Origin: an uncultured delta proteobacterium
GTDB taxonomy: Bacteria > Desulfobacterota > Binatia > Binatales > Binataceae
Direction: 5' to 3'
Length of the DNA stretch: 64,000 nt
Assembly: GCA_963808235.1 (NCBI GenBank)
Contig: CAWEEQ010000004.1
Coordinates: 1,824,001 to 1,888,000, forward strand
Every line of letters begins with the position of its first letter. Positions within the stretch are counted from its first letter, which is position 1. The notes beneath the pieces were generated by a model that saw only the letters and a list, made by a program, of their open reading frames with translations, was not told the DNA's origin and ran no database searches. Made by a program: the position numbers and the translations under genes. Positions 19,497 through 29,128 of the stretch are shown one piece after another.

Positions 19497-20278
19497 ATCA
19501 TGAACAAACCCGCGAATGCCAGTAGGAGAAATGGCCCCACGATTATCGCAACCGGCTTGTCGTACGGCGCCACCATCATCCACGCGGGCAGAAACTTTGG
19601 CGCCCAGCTACCAGTCGAGAGCAGGTTTCCGAAAATCCAGGCGCCACCCTCGCCCGCGATCAGCATCGCAAATCCGGTCGCGCGAATTCCTACCGGTTTC
19701 AGCTTCACCTCCGGCATCACGTCGGTGTAAAGCATCCGCCCCTTCTGCACCCGCGGATAAACTGCGGCCAGGATGAACGGCGACAGCACCATCGCCGACG
19801 CCATGTTGTTGAAAATGATCACGTTGCCCAGCATCGCAAACGGCCGTATCACCAGCACGTTGTCCGCCCATCCCACCAGGTCCGCGCAGAGCACGCTCGC
19901 GGCCAGGCAAGCGATTACGTATTTGAGAATCCCCAGCGGCGAATGGTTGATCGGACTCTGCCCGCGCCCGATCAGCTCCCACACCTTGTACGGAATCCAT
20001 CCGTAGGCAAGGTTGGCGAAAAATCCGAAGATGTCACCCGGCGACACGCCGCCGAAAAAATCTCCGATCATATTGCCGATCGCGGATCCCCACGCCGCCG
20101 CCGGACCGAACAGGAACGAGCACACTACTGGTATCGCGTTGGCAGGCCGCAGCTCGGTGACGCCGGGAATCAGCGGCACCACCTTGAATGGAACCAGCAC
20201 CGCCGCATAAAGCGCCGCCGAGATCGCGCACAACACGACCATCCGCGTGTTGCGCCACATCAGCCGCAGCTCGCTCAT
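19493..20278 (-). CDS. ECF S component, QueT-like
   Basis: AALYAAV...ELRPANAIPVV.SFLFGP.AAWG.AIGN; multiple TMs. Confidence 0.75.
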   Translation of the reverse strand: MSELRLMWRNTRMVVLCAISAALYAAVLVPFKVVPLIPGVTELRPANAIPVVCSFLFGPAAAWGSAIGNMIGDFFGGVSPGDIFGFFANLAYGWIPYKVWELIGRGQSPINHSPLGILKYVIACLAASVLCADLVGWADNVLVIRPFAMLGNVIIFNNMASAMVLSPFILAAVYPRVQKGRMLYTDVMPEVKLKPVGIRATGFAMLIAGEGGAWIFGNLLSTGSWAPKFLPAWMMVAPYDKPVAIIVGPFLLLAFAGLFMM

Positions 20279-20316
20279 CGCGCGATGCTCCCCGCGATAC
20301 GAACGCGCCCCGCGGC

Positions 20317-20325
20317 TGTTATAAT
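20317..20325 (+). promoter_or_regulatory. Extended -10 promoter (TGnTATAAT) for tatD
   Basis: TGTTATAAT in the 70-bp divergent gap. Confidence 0.55.
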
Positions 20326-20349
20326 GACGCCGCGCGTATGCGGGATCAT

Positions 20350-21120
20350 ATGATAGACACTCACATTCATCTCGACGCTGACCAGTATCCCGACCCTTCG
20401 GCCTGTATCAAGCGCGCACTTTACGCGGGCGTGACTGCGATGGTCGTGCCCGGGACAGACCCCGCGTCGAATCGCAAAGTGATGGACCTCGCTCACACGC
20501 ACGCGCGCGTCGTCTATCCAGCGCTCGGTCTCCATCCCGAGCGGCTCGAGCACACTGATCTCGACGCCGACGCGGTTGCCGAAATGATCGCGCGCGAGCG
20601 CAACTCGATCTGCGCAATCGGAGAAGTCGGCCTGCCCTGGTATGGAGATCGCGCGAGCGACGCCGCTGTCGATGCGCAAGCGAAAAAGCGCCTTGCACAA
20701 TTCGCCCGACTCGCAACCCAACTTGGACTACCGATGATCCTCCACGCGCCCCATCGACGCGCCGCCGAAGCACTCGCGATAATTCGCGACGCGAAAGTTC
20801 GCAGCGCGGTTTTCCATTGGCACAAATCCGACGAGCAGACCACGCGCGCGATTATCGACGCCGGCTACTTCATCTCGCTGAGTCCGGAAGTCGCCTACCG
20901 GCAGCGCGATCAGGAACTCGCTCGAATGCTCCCCAGTAATCGGATGCTGGTGGAAACCGACGGCCCGTGGCCCTACGGCGGCCAGTTCGCCGGCCAGCTA
21001 ACTGAGCCCGCCTTCATCAAGGAAACAGTCGCCGCGATCGCACATCTACGATGCGCCACGATCGAGGAAATCGCCGCCGCAACGACCGCCAACGCTCGCG
21101 CACTGTTCGGAGTAGTATAG
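20350..21120 (+). CDS. TatD family hydrolase
   Basis: IDTHIH, GLHP, IGEVGL, VETDGP. Confidence 0.9.
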   Translation: MIDTHIHLDADQYPDPSACIKRALYAGVTAMVVPGTDPASNRKVMDLAHTHARVVYPALGLHPERLEHTDLDADAVAEMIARERNSICAIGEVGLPWYGDRASDAAVDAQAKKRLAQFARLATQLGLPMILHAPHRRAAEALAIIRDAKVRSAVFHWHKSDEQTTRAIIDAGYFISLSPEVAYRQRDQELARMLPSNRMLVETDGPWPYGGQFAGQLTEPAFIKETVAAIAHLRCATIEEIAAATTANARALFGVV

Positions 21121-21133
21121 AATTCTCGATTGT

Positions 21134-21493
21134 ATGCCGATCTACGAATACCAATGCGCAAAGTGCCGCAAGCTGACCAGCGTGCTCACCACCCGCGTCA
21201 GCGAAAAAATTAACGCCGTTTGCTCGCACTGCGGCAGTAAGAAAATGCGCCGCCTGATGTCGCGATTCGCGATGCCTCGCAGTGACGAGTCGCGGATGGA
21301 TTCGCTCTCCGATCCATCCAAACTCCGCGACCTCGACGAGAACGACCCGAGAAGTGTCGCCCGCGTTATGAAACGGATGGGCACCGAGATGGGCGACGAA
21401 TTCAGCGGCCCCGAATTCGACCAAGCCGTCAACGAACTCGAAAGCACCGGCGACCTGACCAGCGACGATTCCAGCAGCGACGACGACTTCTGA
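21134..21493 (+). CDS. FmdB-family zinc-ribbon regulatory protein
   Basis: MPIYEYQC..C ... C.HCGS..M.RLMS; acidic tail. Confidence 0.85.
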   Translation: MPIYEYQCAKCRKLTSVLTTRVSEKINAVCSHCGSKKMRRLMSRFAMPRSDESRMDSLSDPSKLRDLDENDPRSVARVMKRMGTEMGDEFSGPEFDQAVNELESTGDLTSDDSSSDDDF

Positions 21494-21534
21494 TCCCCAC
21501 CGCGCGAAATCGCCGCGTCGTCATTCATTTTGCG

Positions 21535-22014
21535 TCAGTCCGCTTCGAGCATCACGATCGCCGCCGCTGCCATTCCATCGCCACGCCCGAGCGCCCCGAT
21601 TCCCTCCGGACTCGACGCCTTCACATTGACCCGCGACTCCTCCGCGCCGAGCGCTCCCGCGAGCCGCGCGCGCATCGCATCGAGATACGGCTTGAGCTTC
21701 GGCGCCTGCGCAAAAATCGTCAGGTCGGCGTTGCCGAGCCGCCATTTTCCCGCCCGCGCGAGTTTCCACACTTCAGCAAGCAGCGCGATCGAGTCCGCGT
21801 CCTTGTACTTTGGATCGTTGTCCGGGAAATGCCGTCCGAGGTCGCCCGCTCCCAGAGCCCCCAGGATCGCATTGGCGAGCGCGTGCGCGACGACGTCCGC
21901 ATCGGAATGCCCGCGCAGTCCTTTGTCGTGTTTGATCTCAACTCCGCCCAGCACGAGACGCCGCCCCGCTTCCAGCGGATGAAAATCGAATCCGTTGCCG
22001 ACCCGAAAATTCAT
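21535..22014 (-). CDS. ispF: 2-C-methyl-D-erythritol 2,4-cyclodiphosphate synthase
   Basis: G.GFDFH, GHSDADV, GDLGRHFPD. Confidence 0.95.
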   Translation of the reverse strand: MNFRVGNGFDFHPLEAGRRLVLGGVEIKHDKGLRGHSDADVVAHALANAILGALGAGDLGRHFPDNDPKYKDADSIALLAEVWKLARAGKWRLGNADLTIFAQAPKLKPYLDAMRARLAGALGAEESRVNVKASSPEGIGALGRGDGMAAAAIVMLEAD

Positions 22015-22062
22015 CGCGACTCCCTTAACCCCGCCGCATAAATTCCGCTGCGCCCGCCCGCG

Positions 22063-22118
22063 TTGACATCCGCGATTTCAACCGCCAAGCTTTTCTCAAT
22101 TCGCCCCCGCGCAGGAGG
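22063..22118 (+). promoter_or_regulatory. Candidate sigma70 promoter and RBS for the LapA-like gene
   Basis: TTGACA 22063-22068, 17-nt spacer, weak -10 CAAGCT; AGGAGG at 22113-22118. Confidence 0.45.
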
Positions 22119-22128
22119 TTCGCTCGCG

Positions 22129-22420
22129 ATGCCCGCATTTGCCAAGAATCCGAAATTCATCATCGGCACGATCGTGGTGCTGTGGGTCGCATATGTCGTC
22201 TACGCGAACTTCCAGCCGCAGCCCGTGGATTTCTACCTTCTGCCGTTCGGCGTGATTATACAATTCAAGCTCACCACCGTAATCGTCGGCGCCGCGATCT
22301 TCGGCGTTCTCGCCACGCTCATAATTCAGTGGTTGTGGCGGCGTCCCTCGAACGTCATCTTCTTCGGCAACTGCCGCGATGTCGCCGGCGCCCGCGCCGA
22401 GCAGCAATACCGTCGCGTGA
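22129..22420 (+). CDS. Small two-TM LapA-like membrane protein (probable frameshift near 22355)
   Basis: TM-N.QPV.F-TM architecture; strong RBS; shifted frame ends ...SSNTVA at TGA 22418-22420. Confidence 0.55.
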
Positions 22421-23600
22421 GGTGCCAGCCTTCAGTAGGCTCTCCGTCGACGGACCGATCAGCAACCCATCGGCGCGCGACAGCGAACTCAAAATCCCCG
22501 AGCCCTGATTCCCCGTCGGCGTCGCAACCAACTCGTCTCCCGTCGCGCTCGATTTTTACGCGCACGAACTCAGTCAGATCTTTCGCAGTTCTGATGTCGA
22601 CGGCGCATCGCGCTTTCACTCGCGGCAGCCCGACTCGACGCCGCCCCGCCATCTTGAGGATCGCGGGCCGCGCGTACAGGTAGAAGCAAACCATCGTCGA
22701 AACCGGATTCCCCGGCAATCCGAATATCGGCCGATAGCCCACGGTTCCAAACTTGAGCGGACGCCCCGGCCTCTGCGCGACGCCATGGAACAGTTGACGC
22801 ATCCCGAGTTCGTCCAGCGCCCCTTTGACGTGATCGAACTGCCCGACCGACACTCCGCCCGTCGATAGCACCACGTCGAATTGCATCGCCTCGGAAAGCC
22901 TCGCCGCAATCTCTTCCGGCGTGTCGCGCGCCACTTTCAGGATCGCCGGCTCGCCACCCGCCTCGCCAATCGCACCCGCGAGCGCGTATGCGCTCGAGTT
23001 GACGATTTGCGCTCCCGACGGAGCCTCGTCGACGTCGACCAGCTCGTCGCCGGTCGAGACGATCGCAACTCGAGGCCGCCGCACAACCTCGACCATCGCG
23101 CGATTCACCGCCGCGAGCATCCCAAGGTCCGCCGGCGCGAGCACCTTGCCCGCCGCGATCACGAGTTCTCCGGCGCGCAAGTCCTCGCCGCGCGGCCGGA
23201 TGAAGCTGCGCTCCGGTGCCGGCGCCATAATCTCGACCACGTCGCCGCTGCCGCGAGTCCGCTCCACCTGGACGATCGCGTCGGCGCCCTCCGCAATCGG
23301 CGCGCCCGTCATCGTGCGAGTCGCCTGTCCCGCTTCGATTCGACGCGTCGGCATCTGCCCCGCGCCGACTGTCTCGACGACGGCGAGCCTCACCGGCTTT
23401 TCCTCCGACGCCGCCGCGACATCAGCCGCGCGCACCGCGTACCCGTCCATCGCGGAGTTGTCGAAGCCGGGGATATCGCGCGGCGAGCGAATGTCCTCGC
23501 CGAGCACGCGCCCCGATGCGTCCAGAATCGGCGCGCGCTCCACTCCGAGCGGCGCGACATTCTGAAGTACGATCTCGAGGGCCTGGTCTGCACTAATCAT
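22326..23600 (-). CDS. moeA: Molybdopterin molybdotransferase (C-terminus with about 3 frameshifts)
   Basis: FDNSAMDGYA, STGDEL, STGGVSVG, PGRP, GLPGNP. Confidence 0.92.
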   Translation of the reverse strand: MISADQALEIVLQNVAPLGVERAPILDASGRVLGEDIRSPRDIPGFDNSAMDGYAVRAADVAAASEEKPVRLAVVETVGAGQMPTRRIEAGQATRTMTGAPIAEGADAIVQVERTRGSGDVVEIMAPAPERSFIRPRGEDLRAGELVIAAGKVLAPADLGMLAAVNRAMVEVVRRPRVAIVSTGDELVDVDEAPSGAQIVNSSAYALAGAIGEAGGEPAILKVARDTPEEIAARLSEAMQFDVVLSTGGVSVGQFDHVKGALDELGMRQLFHGVAQRPGRPLKFGTVGYRPIFGLPGNPVSTMVCFYLYARPAILKMAGRRRVGLPRVKARCAVDIRTAKDLTEFVRVKIERDGRRVGCDADGESGLGDFEFAVARRWVADRSVDGEPTEGWHLTRRYCCSARAPATSRQLPKKMTFEGRRHNH

Positions 23601-23661
23601 TTTGGAACTCGCGAGCCAAACAATACCCGCGTTCAAGCCGCGATTGAACTATCGCGAGCAC

Positions 23662-23701
23662 GGAAGTGAGGAAGTGAGAAAGTGAAAAAGCCGAAAAGAA
23701 T
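23662..23701 (+). repeat. Degenerate purine-rich octamer tandem repeat
   Basis: GGAAGTGA GGAAGTGA GAAAGTGA AAAAGCCG AAAAGAAT. Confidence 0.55.
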
Positions 23702-23705
23702 GTAG

Positions 23706-24689
23706 CTAGAAATTGACTCGACGATAGCCGCTGGCGCTGCTCGCGACCGGGACGCGCACGCTGTACGAGCGCTCATACGGAGGAACGACGTCGCGCAGCA
23801 GCGCCGGGTTGAGTTCATGCAGATGCTGCAGGGTGGTGCCGTGATCGAGCGCCACCCGGCTGAGCGGCGTGCCGCCTTGCACGCTCAACATCTCGTAGGG
23901 CGGCGGCTCGTCGAGCTTGATAGTCGTGATTCCGTAGGTGTCCGCGTGATGCGCTATATACGCGACCGCCATGAACCGCCCAAGCAATCCGCGCGTCCGC
24001 CGCGGCAGCCGGTTGCCGAACCGCTCCATGTTAGGTCCGCGCAGGGACCAGAAGCGGTCGATCGCCCGATCGCCGTTATTCCACGCGACCACGGTCATCG
24101 GCCAATCGTCGCCCGCCTCGTCATGCAGCGTCGCCAGGTACTCGGCAGCCGCCTTGGTGGACATCACGGGGTCGCGCCGCTCATCGACGTAGTTATCTAT
24201 ATGGAGGCCGAAGCGCCGCGCCGTATCGCTATTGAACTGCCACGGACCCTTGCCGCGCCGGGAAAACTCGCTTTCCGCAAAGGCCAGGTAAACCAGGTCG
24301 TCAGGCAGGCCGTAGCTCCTCAGCACTCGAACCATGTCGGCCATGTAGGGATGGCTCCGATCAAACGTATCCTGCAACTGGTCGGGCGAGTTGACGATAT
24401 CGGACAGGTAATGGCGGACGTAACGGTTAAGAAGAATCGGGAACGGTGCGACCGGCTTGGGCTCCGGCAGCACGAATCTGACCGGCTGAGCGCCTTCTTC
24501 GGCCGGGGTCTCGAGCGCGAACCCGCTGCTCTGGCCGACGAGGCTGGGCGGCTGCGAGTCAGACAGGGTCGCGGGACCTTCCGACCCGTCATAATCGTCG
24601 GCAAAAGCGTAATTGGACGCGCCGCCGGCGACGAGCAGGCTCGTCATCAGCAACGTTAGTACAAGATAGATAGGCTTGGTCTTAGTCAT
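23706..24689 (-). CDS. MltD-like lytic transglycosylase with LysM domain
   Basis: LAFAES, GPWQF, VDERRDP..ST.AA; C-terminal L.ELNP.L LysM; signal peptide. Confidence 0.88.
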   Translation of the reverse strand: MTKTKPIYLVLTLLMTSLLVAGGASNYAFADDYDGSEGPATLSDSQPPSLVGQSSGFALETPAEEGAQPVRFVLPEPKPVAPFPILLNRYVRHYLSDIVNSPDQLQDTFDRSHPYMADMVRVLRSYGLPDDLVYLAFAESEFSRRGKGPWQFNSDTARRFGLHIDNYVDERRDPVMSTKAAAEYLATLHDEAGDDWPMTVVAWNNGDRAIDRFWSLRGPNMERFGNRLPRRTRGLLGRFMAVAYIAHHADTYGITTIKLDEPPPYEMLSVQGGTPLSRVALDHGTTLQHLHELNPALLRDVVPPYERSYSVRVPVASSASGYRRVNF

Positions 24690-24873
24690 TCTCCCCCGAG
24701 AAACTTCGCCAACCCTACCGACCAAGACGACCTGAATCAACCCATTGGGGGTGGATGAACCATTAAAAAGTCTAATCTATAAAAGCATTCTAGTTGATTT
24801 ATGCCCTCAGATACTCGCAAATCTCGTCGCAGGTGTGCATTCCGTACCTTCAATTTAGCTGTTCCAGTTCTTT

Positions 24874-26132
24874 GTGTTACTTTGCCTAAGCCCGTCGTCG
24901 CCGGGTACGCTGGCCCCAGACAACGAGTTACTCAAATTGAATCTCTGGCGTGACATCATAGACAGCCTGACCGACGCGATCCTCGTGCTCTCGCCCGCGA
25001 TGGAACCCCAGGTCGTCAATCCGGCCGCCGAGACGATGCTTGCCGTGTCGCCGGTGACCGCCCTGACCGTCGCTGATTTGATCCGGCAGAACGATTGGCT
25101 CGCCCGGATGGTCGCGACGTGCCTGCTCAGCGGTCAGGACTTGGGCCATCTCGAGACGGTACTGACGATCGGGCCTCGGGAGCTGTCAGTCCGGGCCGAA
25201 GTCTCGCCACTGCTCGGCGCCGAAGAACGTCCCGAAGATCTCCGGAAGAACATCCAGAAGACCGGGCGCAAAATCAGCCGAGTGGCGATCATTCCAGCGA
25301 GGTCCGTCGCCGTGAAGTCCGTCCAAGCGGCGTCGTCGTGTTGCTCCACGACCTGTCGCACGAAAAAGAGGCGGCCGAGGCGGCGTCGAGCGGAGACTTG
25401 AGTCTAAGGTTATCGCCGGCCGGCCTCGCTCATGAGGTCAAGAATCCGCTGACCGGCATCAAGGGCGCCGCCGAGCTGATGGCCGGGATGTATCCCGACG
25501 ACGGCCGCGCTCAGCAATACTGCGACGTGATCCTGACCGGCGTCGAGCGGATAACCTCGCTGGTCGAGCAGGTGCTCGCAGTCAGCGCGCCGGCCCGGAT
25601 GAGTCTTGCGCCGGTCAATATCCACCAGGTCCTGCACTCTACGATGCGGATGGCGGGGCTGTTCCCCAATCCTCCCGACGGACTGTCGATAATACAGGAC
25701 TTCGACCCGAGCCTTCCCGATGTAGTCGGGGACACCGGCGCCTTGGAGCGCGCATTCTTGAATCTGATCAAGAACGCAGTCGAAGCGATCGGCGCGTCAG
25801 GCACAATCCGCCTGCACACCCGAATCGAAACCGAATTCCGGATGACCGCGCAAGGCCAGCGCCGCCAATTCCTGCGCGTCGAGATAAGCGACAGCGGCCC
25901 CGGCATCTCGGAGGAGCAACTCTCCCAACTGTTCACCCCCTTCTTCACCACCAAACCCGCCGGCACCGGCTTAGGCCTCGTCCTATGCCAACGAATAATA
26001 GCCCTCCACGGCGGCCGCCTCTGGGCCCAACGCGGCGGCGTCGACAAAGCCCGGGAAGGCACAACATCAAAAGAAGGCATGACCTTCAAAATAACCCTCC
26101 CAGTAGTAACCCCCGACTCCCGCCCCGGATAA
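24874..26132 (+). CDS. ntrB: NtrB-like PAS histidine kinase (frameshift near 25235; start uncertain)
   Basis: PAS N-terminus in ORF 24874..25401; AHEVKNPLTGIKGAAEL, DFDPSLPD, NLIKNA, D.GPG, TTKPAGTGLGL in ORF 25095..26132. Confidence 0.8.
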
Positions 26133-26149
26133 ATAGGAAAAGCTAGTCG

Positions 26150-26189
26150 CACGGGCGTCCCTGCCCGTGATGAAGGCGACTCCGTCGCC
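26150..26189. other. Twin GC-rich hairpins after ntrB (REP-like or mRNA-stabilising)
   Basis: CACGGGC-gtccct-GCCCGTG and GGCGAC-tcc-GTCGCC; no U-tract. Confidence 0.45.
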
Positions 26190-27249
26190 ATCCACGATCA
26201 CACCGCCATGCTCGCAATTAGGCGACGAGCCTCGCCAACGCGATCCTCCGCCCCTCTACCTTCTTGTGCGGTCGAAATATTCGACGGCATGCAATCGTCG
26301 GAAGGGCGAGGCGCCCGGAAGAAGGATCGCAATGGAACCGCGGGCAGTTCGCCGTTCCGAGACCTCCTCTCGGTCACCTGACGATAACGTGGAGTCGAAG
26401 GACTCGAAGTGAGTGCGATCCATTGCTTTACGATGCTGCCAAACTCCTTAGCGTTTCGTTTCTTCCGGCGAACCGAGGAACCCGGATTTTCTCACGGCCA
26501 ACACCACTGAAGATGCACTCGCCAGCCGATCCGCAACGAAGAAGGAATCATTGGTCTTCCTACGGAAGGATTCCCAAAGTGAAGCTCGGCATTCTGCCCG
26601 AAAAACCCATCCTTGCGATTGACTCCAATCACCTCCCCCACGAAGAATTCCGGCAAAAGATTCCGAACACTCGGATCATCCCAATGCGTGAAGCCCGACG
26701 CGACACACACTTAAATTGAGGAGTCGATTCGTCCTGACCCCGAGCCCCATCGAACCAGACAGAAACTTCAGCTCTAAAGTCTTGCCTCCTCTCGATATTA
26801 AGGATATCTAGCAACATCCAGAAGTACCAACCCGGAAAAAATCCCCAGGAACGGTAGTAATCGCCTCAGCCACAACTTCGAGCACCAAAAAAAACCGGAA
26901 ACATCTTTCTTGCCGACATTTGCTTCTACCCGCAATATCCCCGCTGGGCTACGAATTCGCGATTCCACAACTCGGCTGCAAAATTCACCCAAGAGTGGCA
27001 CCTAAGGCCGGACACCGAACACTTCCGCTGAACTCACACCGAGTTCTGACTCGCACCGCTCCGCCCATTACTCCTACTGGCTTAGCTATTATTTTCACGT
27101 GTCCACTTCCCGTCAAAATAACGGCGAGGTCCTGCAACGCCTGACCTTCGGCAGATTGAACTCCACCCGCATTCTGCGTGCCCCCCAAACTTCTAACGGG
27201 CGCGCTTCGCGCCGCATCCTATTTTTTTCTCCCACCAACGGGAAGTGTG

Positions 27250-27275
27250 AAAAACGAAACCCACTATGGGTTTCG
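27250..27275 (-). terminator. Candidate intrinsic terminator on the minus strand
   Basis: 9-bp perfect stem CGAAACCCA/TGGGTTTCG followed by T5 on the minus strand. Confidence 0.5.
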
Positions 27276-27581
27276 CATCCGGATCCGGTCCTTCCTCCTC
27301 CCCCGCGCTCAGCTTATGTACTTTCCTACTGTAGTGGTGTAAGATAATTCAGTGTTGAAGCAGCACCCACCTTTCTCAATTGAGTAACCCAGGCACAAAA
27401 ACCCACGCTCGAAATTCCCATCTCCCCCGAAATAACCGCCGCGGCAAGAGCCGGCAAGGCAGCCGCTCACCGGATTCCCAAAAATAAACCCGCCCAAACA
27501 CGAGGTATTTCCGGCACCCACTGCCCATTGGCGACAAGATCGCACATACTGTTACCATTAGTGCCCGTGAGCACTACATCA

Positions 27582-29090
27582 ATGGGCGCAAGCGTATCGA
27601 GTCCTAATTTCGACGAGCCGGTCAAAGACCCGGGCACCGGCGCGGCGGTTCTAATCGCGGACGACGATCCCGCGATCCGCCTTGTTTTGAGGCATCGTCT
27701 CGAAGCCGACGGACTGCGCGTCGAAGAGGCAGCCGACAGCGCGGCGGCACTCGCGGCGCTGCACAGTAACCGCTTCGACGTCGCGCTCCTCGATATCATC
27801 ATGCCCGGCGCGGGCGGCCTCGAGGTCCTGTCCGCCGCGCACGCCGAGGGCGTCCGCACCTTGATCATCGTGATCACCGCGGCGAGCACGATGAACAATG
27901 CGGTCGAGGCGATGAAGCGCGGCGCGCACGACTACCTGACCAAGCCGTTTGCAAATCTCGACCTGGTCGCAGCCGCGGTGCGCCGCGCGATCGAAATCGC
28001 AGCGCAGGCTGCCTCGCTCAATCGGCTCAAGGACGAGGTGAATCGCCAACTGGTCGGCGGCGAGATCATCGGGCGCAGCCCCGCGATGCAGGACGTGTAC
28101 AAGTTGATCGGCCGGGTCGTTACCAACGACGCGACCGTGTTGCTGAGCGGTGAAAGCGGGACCGGAAAGGAACTGGTCGCACGTGCGATTCATTTCAAGT
28201 CCGCGCGATGGCGCTCGCCGTTCGTCGCCGTCAACTGCTCCGCGATTCCGCAGGGGCTGCTCGAAAGCGAGCTGTTCGGGCATGAGCGCGGATCGTTCAC
28301 CGGCGCGACCGAGCGCCGCGCCGGCAAATTCGAGATGGCCGACGGCGGCACGATCTTCCTCGACGAGATCGGCGACCTGCCGGTCGAGTTGCAGCCCAAG
28401 CTGCTGCGCGTGTTGCAGGAGCGCGAGTTCAACCGGGTCGGCAGCGTCGAGACGCTGAAGCTGAAGGCGCGCGTGATCGCGGCGACCAACCAGAACCTCG
28501 AGACTCTGGTCGCGCAGCGCAAATTCCGTGAGGATCTGTACTTCCGACTCCGGGTGATTCCGATCGAGATGCCGGCGCTGCGCGAGCGCCGCGAAGATAT
28601 CGCCGAGCTTGCAAATTATTTCGTGAGCAAGGCGGCCGACGAGATGGGCGCGCGCGCCAGTACGCTCAGCCCCGAGGCGCGCGCCAAGCTTGAGAACTCG
28701 AACTGGCCGGGCAACGTGCGCGAGCTGGAAAACGCGGTGATGCGCGCGGCGCTGCTCGCGCCGGGCACCACAATCCGCGCCGAAGATATCGAACTCACAC
28801 GCCCGGGCGGAGTTGGCGCGGGCGCCGGTCTCCATCCCGACGGCACCCCGCTCGGCGAAATAATCTCGGGCCGCATCGCGGGATGGTTCGATTCGCCGGG
28901 CGGCGAAGAGCCGCGCGATTTGTACCATCGACTGGTTGCCGAGATCGAACGGCCGCTGGTCGAACTCGCGCTGAAACGGGCCGGCGGCAACCAGGTCCGC
29001 GCGGCGCGGATGCTCGGGCTCAATCGCAACACGCTGCGAAAGAAAATTACCGACCACAAGATCGTCCTGACCAAGTTCCCCGGCGCATGA
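27582..29090 (+). CDS. ntrC: Sigma54-dependent response regulator NtrC
   Basis: REC domain; [31 protein letters not shown]; Fis [23 protein letters not shown]. Confidence 0.88.
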   Translation: MGASVSSPNFDEPVKDPGTGAAVLIADDDPAIRLVLRHRLEADGLRVEEAADSAAALAALHSNRFDVALLDIIMPGAGGLEVLSAAHAEGVRTLIIVITAASTMNNAVEAMKRGAHDYLTKPFANLDLVAAAVRRAIEIAAQAASLNRLKDEVNRQLVGGEIIGRSPAMQDVYKLIGRVVTNDATVLLSGESGTGKELVARAIHFKSARWRSPFVAVNCSAIPQGLLESELFGHERGSFTGATERRAGKFEMADGGTIFLDEIGDLPVELQPKLLRVLQEREFNRVGSVETLKLKARVIAATNQNLETLVAQRKFREDLYFRLRVIPIEMPALRERREDIAELANYFVSKAADEMGARASTLSPEARAKLENSNWPGNVRELENAVMRAALLAPGTTIRAEDIELTRPGGVGAGAGLHPDGTPLGEIISGRIAGWFDSPGGEEPRDLYHRLVAEIERPLVELALKRAGGNQVRAARMLGLNRNTLRKKITDHKIVLTKFPGA

Positions 29091-29128
29091 TCGGTAGCGA
29101 CTGACCAGGAATCTCGCGCTCTCTCGCG

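Noticed and set aside
20279-20349. preQ1 riboswitch upstream of the QueT-like gene
   Set aside because: Only 70 bp are available and there is no preQ1 stem or A-rich tail
27091-27106. parS-like site or oriC in the ntrB-ntrC spacer
   Set aside because: Only the TTTCACGTG half matches parS and no TTATCCACA boxes were seen
26167-27558. Short ORFs inside the ntrB-ntrC spacer
   Set aside because: Atypical codon use, no RBS or domain motifs, and mutually overlapping
27651-29057. Long antisense and alternative-frame ORFs (also 11392-12447, 13112-14257, 52915-54177, 57123-58370)
   Set aside because: Shadow ORFs of well-supported genes, expected at high GC, with no recognisable motifs
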